The notes: generated by a model from the letters alone, not told the origin. DNA of 63,551 nucleotides, filler included, from Dimorphilus gyrociliatus (GCA_904063045.1; 3 parts of 3 records of this genome joined end to end with filler, not necessarily neighbours in it); one strand, 5' to 3'. Positions 50,759 to 61,541 are shown, counted from the first letter of the whole stretch. Program-made: numbers and translations.

Positions 50759-53180
50759 TCATCTTGATTTAATGAGAATTACAGGTGGTTGTTCTTCTTC
50801 ATTAGTTTGATGTTGACTAAAGCTACAACTTTGTTTCATTAGTTTTGGGTTTTCAGGAGAGTTATCTGTGCTCTCACTTGGGGTAGCAATTTCTTCTCTT
50901 TGTTTTCTTCTTCCAATAATATAGTTGAAAATGATGATACATACCATTGACACTACAATACTCAAACAAATATTTCGTATGATAACATAAAGTGTTTTCC
51001 CAGGTTTATAGTACCAACTATGGAAAAACTTTTTAATTCCAGATAAATTGGGTACAATGCCATTTTTCTCTGCAACAGTGACCATGTTATCATACCTTGC
51101 CTGCTTCTGTTCCAGTGAACTGATAACTTGCTTAATTTTTGAGTGCTGGTATGCAATATCCTTCTTTACCCCATGGTGGAGTAGATCAGCTAATCTGGCA
51201 ATTTCAATTTTTGGTTCAGAAAGGTGATTGTGGATATGTAACTGCATGGATTTTGCAGACACAGTGTGAAATCTGCATCCTCTTTCTGAATAATACACAT
51301 ACGTTTTGTCTTTCATTGGTTGGTTTCTTATAGGATTTAATGGGTTGTGAGTTGTTTTGTAGAATAACTTGTTAGACTTACACTCATTATAGGTAATCTC
51401 TTCAGGATTGACTTGCTGTAAAACATGAGTAACTGGTTCTACTTGGAAAAGCAGGTTGTTCATGGTGACAAGTAAAAATTGAGAACATTTGTTATTCTTT
51501 TTTATCATGCTTAAGTCACAAACTACTTCTGTTGAGGCTATTGGTGAACATTGTTTAATTATAGCTAATTCTCCCATCTGACTACTGTGCATTCCCAACT
51601 CATTTGTTAACACTGTGGTCAATTGAGGATCCAAATTTGCTAGTAATGCCATCATTCTGCTTCTTTGAACAAATTGATTGCAGAGAAGACTTGACAGCTG
51701 TTGGGTAAACTTTTTTAAATTCTTAAAATTTGAATCAATACCATGTAGTAAGGTAGATGTTTGGGCAGCTTCTCTCATTTCCAATGGGAATTTGTGGTAT
51801 GGGTTTTTACTTATCTTATGTTTCAGTTTTGCTTCCTTCTTCATCTGCTTTTTAGCCATTCTCATGTGTAGAGTAAAATAAATTCCTTCATAGGTAATCT
51901 TAAATTCTCTGGCTGGTGGTCCTTTATACCATATGCCCAATGTTGGTAATACCTTCTTTTTGATTCTTTTCTCACTGTATACATATTTTGAAATCGTGAC
52001 AGATTGTCTTGTTGCCCTTGTCCAATTGACTGCTTGCAGCATTTCTTGGATATAATAGTTATCCAGCTCCCAGTAAGATGGACTAATGGGTTGTTGTAGA
52101 TGATATATCACAACTTCCTTGAGTGTGCCTTTATTTCTCATTAGTTTATACTTTGTGTTTGTTTCTCTGTACCATTGGTTAAGACTTGGTAAGGGGTTGT
52201 TTCGCTTGTATAGTATAATTTGTTCTTTAACTTTATTGGGATAGTTTAATAGTTGTTTTTCTTCATTTTTGCCAATCTTCTGATATTGTAGCAAATTGTA
52301 TAGGTGTTCCTTGCTTGTTTCCTGTATTAAACTCTGTTCCTCCAGTGGTACTAGTACTTTTGTTCCAGGACCACCAATTCCATCAATAAACTTATCTTGA
52401 TAAGGGATGTCCAGAATAGAATACCCTGGACAAGAATAGTGACCAGCAAATTTGATACAACTAATTCTGTTGCTAATTTTTATCCATGGTGATTGTTGCC
52501 CAAGTGTGTAATTATTCTTGAGGTTCCTAAAGACAATAATTGCCTCTTCTGTCTCACAATAGGACTGCCCTGGTAAACAATCTTCCAGGTAGTCCAGATT
52601 AGTTGTAATTTTCATATTAGGAGGTTGCCAATATGCTTTGCCAAACTGGATAATTGTGGTGTATTCCAGCACCTTGGTTGTTGTTGGCCATGTGTAGGCA
52701 GCAGGAAACTGATCTTGGTGGATCCAAGTGTTTCTTTTCACCATTAAAGGTTTTCCTTGAAAAGATCGTTTGTCTTTTATCATCTGTCTGCATTGATCAT
52801 GAGTTACTTTGATAACTGAGTTAACAATCCTCCTCTTCTTTGCTCCAAAGAAATAGTAAGTGTAAAAATTAGTTCTTAGATACACTTGACATTTTACTGC
52901 TCTTGTTTCAATTTCTTCCAAGTTCAATTCATAGATATCAGCTGTAATTGTCTTGGTTTCTTGTGATTCTATATTACAAGTTGGCTCATCTGGTAGATCA
53001 AATGCCTGGCTTGGTAGTTGGTTAGAACAAAAGTATAACGGTGGTTTAAATGTTAAGGTAATGTTTGCACTTGTAACATGGGCACCTTGGTAGGATGGTT
53101 TTTGGGACTGTTATTGAGTGGATGCAGCCACAGATCACCATTACAGTCATCACTAGTGGAAGCCACAACATCTGTTTCAT
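50759..53180 (-). CDS. env: Class III viral-fusion-type envelope glycoprotein (rhabdovirus G / herpes gB / chuvirus G-like); one frameshift near the 5' end
   Basis: The frame is open 53110-50759. Cys-rich N-domain (YFC..LPDEPTC..AVKC..TYYFFGAK..DQCRQM..YTWP..DCLPGQSYC..IIVF). gB-like trimer-helix motif LCNQ..LANLDP..MGELAIIKQC. C-terminal TM (IIRNICLSIVVSMVCIIIFNYII) and basic tail. Sequons NIT, NYT, NWT, NLS. Signal-peptide-like MKQMLWLPLVMTVMVICGCIHS starts at 53180 in the adjacent frame. Confidence 0.82.
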
Positions 53181-53762
53181 GTTAGCTCTTCCTGTGTTGG
53201 CTATAGTTGAATGGTTGAAAGTTTTGTGTTGTTGTTCCACTCTGATAGTTATTCCATCTTCTAACTCTATATATTGTGGTTCCACTTCTTGTTGGGAATC
53301 TAATTGTTCAGAGATGATTTTAGTCTCATCTAAAAATATGACTGACTCATTGTCTGTGTCACTTGTATTTTCTTTCTCATCTTGGGATGAATCTACCACT
53401 ATGAGGGACTCATTATCCGAATGGGTTATGTCAATAATTTCACCTTCAATAATTATTGACTCATTATCCGAATGGGTTATATCAATAATTTCGCTTTCAA
53501 TAATTATTGACTCATCGTCTGAACTAGATATTTCATCTTCTCTATCAGAGATAATGTTTGCCTCTGAATCTGTATTTTGATCCAGTTCATTATTTGTTTC
53601 TGTGTCATCACTTTCAGATGAGCTTGAAGGTTTATTGAGACTGTAATTACTATCTGTTTTGAAAGTATTGCTTGTGTCATAACCAGTATCAGAATTAGTA
53701 ACTTCCATCTCTGAGTCATCACTATCTGAACTTTCTGATGAAGAGTCATGCTGTCCCATCAT
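53046..53762 (-). CDS. Acidic Ser/Asp/Glu-rich leader ORF of the retroelement, ending in the env signal-like segment
   Basis: 238-aa ORF, low complexity, with an internal 17-aa repeat. The C-terminal hydrophobic stretch overlaps the start of the env frame. Confidence 0.55.
   Translation of the reverse strand: MMGQHDSSSESSDSDDSEMEVTNSDTGYDTSNTFKTDSNYSLNKPSSSSESDDTETNNELDQNTDSEANIISDREDEISSSDDESIIIESEIIDITHSDNESIIIEGEIIDITHSDNESLIVVDSSQDEKENTSDTDNESVIFLDETKIISEQLDSQQEVEPQYIELEDGITIRVEQQHKTFNHSTIANTGRANMKQMLWLPLVMTVMVICGCIHSITVPKTILPRCPCYKCKHYLNI
53407..53515. repeat. 51-bp tandem repeat (~2.1 copies)
   Basis: GACTCAT recurs at 53407, 53458 and 53509; encodes ESIIIE(S/G)EIIDITHSDN. Confidence 0.9.
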
Positions 53763-53864
53763 GGCTATAGTGACTTTGTTTAGTTGGGGTTGCCTTATTC
53801 TTTCAGCCAGGTTCCTTTCCTTCTATCAAATTTGAGAGAACACTGTTTAGCTTCAAAATTGAGG

Positions 53865-53964
53865 NNNNNNNNNNNNNNNNNNNNNNNNNNNNNNNNNNNN
53901 NNNNNNNNTTAATTAATTAANNNNNNNNNNNNNNNNNNNNNNNNNNNNNNNNNNNNNNNNNNNN
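53865..53964. other. Artificial contig linker / gap
   Basis: 44 N + TTAATTAATTAA + 44 N, identical to the linker at 23369. Confidence 0.97.
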
Positions 53965-56900
53965 ATAAATGAGTATGAATTTTTGATATAGAGAGATAAA
54001 ATCCTTGTCCATTCATTGATAATCTTTTAGTATATCTTGTTAATTTCACTTCTAAATCATCATTTTTTATATTTTCAACACCAACAAAATGGCAGATTAA
54101 TTCTACTAATTTAATTCTTTTACAAAGATTATTAGAGTTATTGTCAATATTTTCCCCACAAATCATTTCATCGTTTCCATAGAAACAATTGATTTCGTTA
54201 TTACAAACTTTATCAATTACGATTGCTTTTGATTCATTCCTGCATTGAAAATATCCTCTAGAGTATGCAAATCATTTCATCTTCATTATGAAAACAATGA
54301 TTTATACCGTCGCAAATTTGATCAATTGATATACAAAACTTGTAATAAGAACATAAAAAATGTCCAGGTGGACAAAACTCTTTTGAACAATTTGAAAGTT
54401 AAAAATAAGGTAGAAAATTTCTAGTTAATAAAATTCCCGTTGAATCATATTGCAAATTACATTTGTATAGTTTTCTTGTAAATTTTTTCCTTTCTCGTGC
54501 TGAGTTGCATTGATCTGAATTTTCATCTTCACCATATAGACAATCCTTTTTGAAATTGCATAATTTCTCTTCTCTGACACATGAATTATCGCATTCCCAT
54601 TGTCCATTTTTACAGTCTTTATATGTAAATATATATACATATAAGAGGATGGTAGAATAGAGAGGATGGTAGAATAGAGTAGAATAGTATCTCATTTATT
54701 TATCAAGTTCAAGGTCACTAGTATCTAATTTAATTTTTACCTTCTGTAAAGCTTGTGTGAATTGCTGTAACGTTTGCGCAAATTTCATCGCTGGAATCAA
54801 AGCAGTTTTTCTCATTGTTGCAAACTAATTCGGAATTGACGCATTGTTTGTTGTGACATTGACTAATAGGAAACAAATTGTTTTTGAAAACTAAATGACA
54901 ATCTTTTTATTTTTTTTATCTAGAAAAGTAAGATGGCTAGCAGAAATGCTTTCTGACATAGTTCTCTGTCTAAAATAAATACAAATTATGACTTTTAAAC
55001 AATCTTTGTACAATTTTTTTCATCTTTTGACATTTGATCCTAAATTTGTTACTCTAAAATTTATCTTATAATCTTTAGTTAAGATTATCCTGTCTAGAAA
55101 TTAATTAATCCATTCTCTCTTCCTACACACCAAAGAAATAAATGTAACGTTTTCTGTCCAACTTTACCGCAAAATTTTTCATCCGACTTATCAGGACAAT
55201 CATTGATAAAATTGCATACAAATTTATATGCAATAGTATGGTTCGACGTATGACAATGGAGTAACGTGTCAAAACTATATTGGCAATTTTGTTCATCTTC
55301 CGCCAAAGGACAATCCGAATGCTTATCACAAAGATACAAGATATTAATATAAGATCCACTTTTCTCACATAAATATGTAACAATATTAGTCTGGTATTGT
55401 AAATTATTGTTCAAATTTTCAAGACTGGGTGGAGTGTCATCTAACAATCAATAAAAACAAAAATTATGATAGAAAGAAAGAAAGAAAGAAAGAATGAAAA
55501 ACAAAACTTACATAAAATTTTCTGACAAATATAATAGTCTTTCTGAAAATTTGAACAAGGAAATTTTCTATTTGCAAAACCTAGAATGGAGAGTTTAATG
55601 TGAAAAAATTGAGAAAAGATAAACCATATTTCTATACCTCGAAATGGATATTGTCTTATAATAGATTTTTCCGTTAACTATTTAAAAATAAAGAATTGTT
55701 GATTTATGAAAAATTTAAAAACAAACAAACAAAAGAAACTTGAATACAATCTCCAACAAAACTTTCTAACAATCGTACATTATCATAAAGAGCAGTAATT
55801 TTATCTTCATCAGATTCTAGGAAATATAACTCTAACTTTTAAAAAGAAACAAACATATACGTCAAATTGGTTTGTTTATAGGCCAATAAATTTTTATATT
55901 TACTCACATCGTTTGAAGATAATTGCAGATTTGTGATTAAAGTTATTGGTATATTAGACGGTGTTAATAAAGCATGTTCATTATGGACAAATTTCTCTTC
56001 TAAAGCTTTTAAAAGGAGAAAAAAATTTCTTTCTTTTTCTCAAATTAAAAGGAATTTTTTTACGGTAAAATATTTGGAATGTATCCTGTAGCCTTAGACC
56101 CCCTGAGCGATAATAAAATAGAAATGATTTCATAAACATTAGAACTTCATAATCGTGCCCTGGGAAATCTGCCAAAGTCGCATTATTCTTTTTGCAGTTC
56201 TCCACTTGTTTATAGGCAGATAATTTTTGGCTATTGTTTTGAATGGTATAGCAGACAGAATTGACAATAAAGGCGTATTGTCCTTCGCATTTCGGATCTT
56301 AAAAAAAATAAATATCTAACCCTGAAATATTTCCAGACTGGTTCCCTATTCCTATCTCTATCATATTAATACTTACCAGTTGGAATTGTGTTATAGCAGT
56401 AAGGCGTTACAATTGTTATAAAATAATAATCGTCAATTTGCTGACAGTACTGAAAATGGTTATCATAATTGTCATAATAATTCATCTCAAGTTGTTTGCA
56501 AGCTATGGAGGGTAATCCTTCACCATTCTATTAAATAAATAAAAACTTCTAAATTAACAAAGATTTGACTATAAATGAAATTACATTAATGTCAACTGTG
56601 TCACTACTACAAGAAAGTGGATCAGCAATCAATTTAAAATGCCAACAGATGTCTCTGCAAACCTGTTGAAAATTTTTTAATTGATAAAAATATGGCGGAA
56701 TAGCACCATAAGTTTTTTTTTGACCTACATTCACTTTCCTTTTTGAAACATCTAATACAAAATCCAATATCAGAATTGTATTCAATTTTTGAACTTGAAG
56801 ATAGAAAGATTATTAGAGAAAGAGAGAGAGGAAAATTTAAACTTTTTTACTTACTAATTACAACAAGTTTGATTTATAAAAGTTATTTGTATTGCATAAG

Positions 56901-57195
56901 TTTGTAAACTATTTAATTTACATGGAATGTCTAAAGAATGAATTGAGTCGTATCCCATTTTATTGCATAATATATTATTTTCAAATAACGTAAAATTATC
57001 ATATTTAACAAAATATGAAATGTTATTCTTGTTATTATTAGTATTAATCATTAATTTCAATACTCCTTCAACATTTATTCTCTCATTTTTAAATATGTTT
57101 ATAAACATCTTGAACTCTTGTGAATTGTTGAAAATTTGACAAACTGCTTTATTACAAAATCCGAGTATTATTATGAACAAAATATTGAACATCAT
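53965..57195 (-). CDS. Multi-exon LDLa-repeat protein with a C-type-lectin-like segment (GRL101-like ectodomain); 3' truncated by the gap
   Basis: LDLa repeats: LCDKHSDCPLAEDEQNC, VCNFINDCPDKSDEKFC, QCVNSELVCNNEKNCFDSSDEIC, LCNFKKDCLYGEDE, ICDGINHCFHNEDE, CFYGNDEMIC. CTL-like NSVCYTIQ..ENCKKNNATLA at ~56200-56300. Exon boundaries only partly resolved. Confidence 0.72.
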
Positions 57196-58328
57196 ATCTC
57201 AAATCATCTTTTAAATGCTCTGCGTTAAATATTTTTAATTTTAAATTTTTTATTTCAATTAGCCTTAAACAATGAAATTTGAGACATTTACATTTTAAAT
57301 ATCTTATTAAATAATGTTTTTTATGATAGGTTAAAGTGATAAGGGAGGAATAAGTGGAACTGAATCTATTTAAAATAATCAAATATAATATGAATATAGG
57401 CCTATAGATGTTCTTTATATTAAAAGTTATAAGCATAAGTTTAGCTGTAATATGACAATTTCTTTACCCTTTTTTTAATGGATTGAGATATAAACTTTGA
57501 GTTGAATTTTATAAAAACTTTATGTTAAAATTCTTTGTTCCTTTGCCAATTTCATAGTTGCTCCATCTATTATGGTCAAGGAAGCTATTTCTTACTAAAT
57601 AGGATTCTTCCTAAAGTTTCATTATTATAATTCTATGAAATAAAAGTTTTTCTAAAGTTCTATCATTCTGACATTTAGTTCAAATATAGGTCAAGTACAA
57701 TGAGATGCTGTTGCTCGAATTACATTATCAACCTCTTCAGTTAGTTAAAATTTATCTTTCACAGATTACTAAACTGAATAGACACATATTGCACTTTAGT
57801 GTCTTGTAAAAGTAGGAATTTCTCGGGCTTGTCATAACTCTATTCATCCTTTCCAATCATTTATCGATTTGCAAAGCACTCAGACAAAAAAACCTAAAGT
57901 TCATCCATGAATCGATGTTCATCATTGACCAGACTTTTAGGAATGGTAGCTGCCCCACTCATTAAATAATATTTTAGAAAATTTTTACCATCAAACCTTG
58001 CTCCTCTGCTTGTAATTCTTAACATTAATTCACTATCTCAAGATTAGTCTCCTATATTTCTGTGCATTTCAGTTCCTTCTCAATGCTGTATTGAAAAACT
58101 TAGACTTGGCTCGATACTTTTTTATATGAATACTTTTAATGAATTTAATGTTCATTATAGAACGACATAAGTGTAATTTTGACTTTTTGTGAACATTAAT
58201 TTGAAATTTAAGTTTTAGCTCAATTAATAACATACCAAAATATTGGTTCAAGTAGTAATTTTTCTAATCTTATTCTTCAAAGCAAGCAGTTAGAAACCTA
58301 AGGTAGCCAATATTAACATTTTTGTCAG

Positions 58329-59153
58329 GTGTACACAACACTATTGTTGACATTCATTCAAAATAGTTTCAACTTGATCTACATTTTTTTTGAAGATGCT
58401 CAACTTAATGTTGAGTGGACAATAGGAGGTACTGTTGTAAAGTCTACCACATTTCTACCACAAAAACTATCTTCTACCAATAAAACACATAACCTACAAT
58501 TAAATGAACCAAATATAGCCAATCATCTTAAAAATTTATACCAAGATGTCTATTGTAAAGTTCAACTTTGGTATGATGATAATTCTTACGTTATCGTTTC
58601 ATCAGATGAATTTAAACCATATGTTAAAGTAAGAAAAATTGAAATTTTAATGAAGTCTCTTAGAACATTAGACAGACCAGTTTTTGTGTTCTAGATGATT
58701 AATAATGACCCTATATTGACTAATAAGTTGCAAGAGCCTGTTTTGCTTCAATTGGAAGCCAATTTACCACTCAAATATCTCTGTCTGCAAGTTAACTGCA
58801 GTGTAAGAGTTGAAGTTTTAGAAGTGGAAGTTCAAAATGCAAAATTGATCCTAATTTCTTCCAGCCTCTTATTAGTTGGGGGGATAGGAATTCTAATGTT
58901 GAATTGGCTCATTGTGGTATCATAATTACCGATGATTCATTTTTTAATTTGCCAGCAATTCCTATTAAAGCCAAAAAGAAAGATAACAGGGAAGCTAGTT
59001 AAGATTGAAATCAACAGAAATCCTTGTGTTAGAGACAGAATTATACAGAGAACATTAATAAAAATCATTGAATTGAAAATTCGCAATAAAGATTTATTCA
59101 AAAAAAAGTGTAATGTTTGTGATAGATTTATCAAAACATTTAATGGAAGGTAG
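58329..59153 (+). pseudogene. Unidentified coding-like tract broken by stops
   Basis: Abutting ORFs 58329-58694 and 58695-58925 are in the same frame, separated by a single TAG, with a further piece at 58932-59153 containing CNVCDRF. No family recognised. Confidence 0.35.
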
Positions 59154-59408
59154 CAACAATTTATATTAAAAAAGTGAGTTAGTGCCAGAAGCAATTATCA
59201 CCTTTTTTTTCTTCTTAAATAGGTAGCAAAACATTTCTTATGGTGAAGAATTCATTGTTTATCAACATAAAATTTTTCCTTGTTTAGAAATATCTTTCTT
59301 TATGTAAATAAATATGGTCAAAGAGTTATGAGAATATTTCGTTACAGATCTTTCAGGAAGATTTATGTTGTCTTACTAACTGGAACTGTTATTGAAGTTA
59401 AATATGTT

Positions 59409-59615
59409 GGATGCTAGACAAAACGTCCCCTATTTTGCATTTTTACCCTAACCCTATCCCAACAGTGGCTAAAGTAATTTCTGCTTTTTTGTCCCTAACC
59501 TTTAGTATGGCTTTGACATAGACTGAAATCAATGAAATTAAATTTTTCCTAACCCTAAAAAAGCCCCAAACCTATCCCTAAAATTTACCTTCAGGGGACG
59601 TTTTGTCTCGACCCC
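59409..59615. mobile_element. 207-bp MITE with a 9-bp target-site duplication (Mutator-type)
   Basis: Perfect 16-bp inverted repeat AGACAAAACGTCCCCT (59416-59431) / AGGGGACGTTTTGTCT (59593-59608). Flanking direct repeat AAATATGTT at 59400-59408 and 59616-59624. Confidence 0.8.
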
Positions 59616-60144
59616 AAATATGTTGATACAACATAAATTAATAAAAATTTATCCAACATTTTCTGATGCTGACATTACTGAAGGCTTGTGCGGATCATTA
59701 AATAATAACAGACATGATGATTTTAAAAGCAGAGATAGTAATCTTGTTACAAATAAGAAATATACATTCAATGTAATAGTTTTGTGACAAGCATTAGAAC
59801 TGAATGAATTTGTCTCAATATAGCTCTATATCTATAATCAATTAATAAATACTCTTTCAAATACTCTCTTTGAATTTGAACTACTAGAGCGTTCACCCAC
59901 TGCAAACTGATGATTAGATATCATTTACCTCTATCAATTTAAAATCTTGACTATCAGTTCTACAAACTATATATCCTGTTTTTGAACTTTCCTATATCTC
60001 TCTCTCAGTTAACTATTGTTAATTTTGAATAAATGATTTAAAGTAAAAGATTTTTGTTGAACGGTTGTATTGTTACTATAGCCAAATATTCAATATATTT
60101 AAAAGAATACAGTTAATTTCGTCGAGATTTTTTCTTTTTCGAAT

Positions 60145-61338
60145 TTAAATAATGAGATGATTAGTATAATATTCATATGTACTTTTATTACATATCGATT
60201 CAGCTATTGATATTTGTTCAAGACTTTTTTCCGATGTCTTCAACCCAATCATTATCCTTTCATATCCCTTCCCCAATCTGTGATTTCCTAGAAATTCAAA
60301 AAATTCAAGGCTTTGGCAGTATTCTAAACAATCACCAAGCCATTCTCCTTGATCAGAATCCAGATTGCAATGGTTTAAATTCAAATATTTCAGAGAACGA
60401 AAAGAATATTTTAGGCCATTACAGAAATCTTTGAACGAATTGCCCATTTGATCATTGAAGCTCATATCAAAATTTGATAATGTCAAATTCTTTAGAAGAT
60501 TTCCCAAAATGGTTGTTTGTTTAGTTGAAAAATTACAATTAGAAAAGTAAAGATTATTCAAGAAGTTACGAGAGGAACTTAGACCTTTACAAATACTTTC
60601 AAAACCACTACCCATATTTTTGTTCTTTTCAATGCTAAAGTTTTCAATATTATGACATTTACCCAACAATTCACCCAAATACTCAGCTTGAGGAGACTGC
60701 AAGTTAGAATATCCAACATTAAACTCTCTAAGTGAGCGACTTGAATTGTCCAAGCTTTTACATAACATTTGAAAAGCATAATTTGAAAAACGACAATTTT
60801 CAAGTACAACATCTTTTAGCCTAGTATTTACTTTATAAACATCTGACAATATTTCAGCAGCTATATCATCCAATATGGTGCTTTGTAAGACAATTACCCT
60901 TAAATTATGGTAATTACTTAATTGTTGTAATGTCAAATATAAATTTTCAAAATCTCCCATTGGCTTATAAATATAAATAAGTCTGAGATTTGGATTTACT
61001 TTCAATATTTCTATAATTTTTTCTGTATTTTTTTTACTAAAAACAAAATTCCACAGTTTTAATGCTGTTAAATTTTCCACCCTGAAATCACTAACAATCT
61101 CTTTTACATCCATAAACTGAAGAAAATTTACATCATTTTCACCAAGAGGAATTCTTTTTACATTTTCTGCATTCACAAATGTTGCATAACCAGATAGGTT
61201 ATGGCTTGAAGAGATATTTTGTTTTCTTTGAATATTAACATTTTTGTAATTGAGAAAAATGGATAACATCGGAGATGATGTAAAAGATTTTGTAAAATTT
61301 TGTTGGGTAACAATCCTTTTCTGAAAAATTCTATACAT
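60145..61338 (-). CDS. RNI-like leucine-rich-repeat protein, single coding exon, 397 aa
   Basis: Alternating ~28-aa repeats (LxxxNxMGxGFxxICxGLxxSxxxL / LxLxxCxLxxxQxExLGxxL). Intact ORF. Confidence 0.85.
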   Translation of the reverse strand: MYRIFQKRIVTQQNFTKSFTSSPMLSIFLNYKNVNIQRKQNISSSHNLSGYATFVNAENVKRIPLGENDVNFLQFMDVKEIVSDFRVENLTALKLWNFVFSKKNTEKIIEILKVNPNLRLIYIYKPMGDFENLYLTLQQLSNYHNLRVIVLQSTILDDIAAEILSDVYKVNTRLKDVVLENCRFSNYAFQMLCKSLDNSSRSLREFNVGYSNLQSPQAEYLGELLGKCHNIENFSIEKNKNMGSGFESICKGLSSSRNFLNNLYFSNCNFSTKQTTILGNLLKNLTLSNFDMSFNDQMGNSFKDFCNGLKYSFRSLKYLNLNHCNLDSDQGEWLGDCLEYCQSLEFFEFLGNHRLGKGYERIMIGLKTSEKSLEQISIAESICNKSTYEYYTNHLII

Positions 61339-61541
61339 TATTTCCTTTTCTCGCTGAAATTTACAAGACTAAATTTGATCTCTAAAAAAATTTTTTAACC
61401 ACTACAAACATGAATTGAATATGGTTACAATGATTGAATGAATGGTTTTCATTTCAGAAAGGTATGGTTTTAGTTTCGAATGAATGAATATTGGTGGTTT
61501 TATTTTTTTTTCACTAGTTTCAAGTGCAAACAAAACAGGAA

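Larger units (their letters stand above)
50484..53864 (-). mobile_element. 3' half of an LTR retroelement carrying an envelope gene; gag/pol not in this block
   Basis: On the minus strand: acidic leader ORF, then glycoprotein ORF, then 16 nt, then a polypurine tract, then a TG...CA LTR. GC content is visibly higher than in the flanks. Truncated by the linker at 53865. Confidence 0.8.

Noticed and set aside
53099-53106. C CCA AAA as a programmed -1 frameshift site for env
   Set aside because: The heptamer fits X XXY YYZ, but the -1 frame closes after about 16 codons; the glycoprotein is in the +1 frame.
53095-53580. 161-aa plus-strand ORF
   Set aside because: Antisense shadow of the acidic leader ORF.
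53765-54200. Functional linkage or fusion of the retroelement with the LDLa gene
   Set aside because: They are separated by an artificial linker and belong to different blocks.
57830-58251. Short minus-strand coding-like pieces
   Set aside because: Multiple stops and no family recognised.
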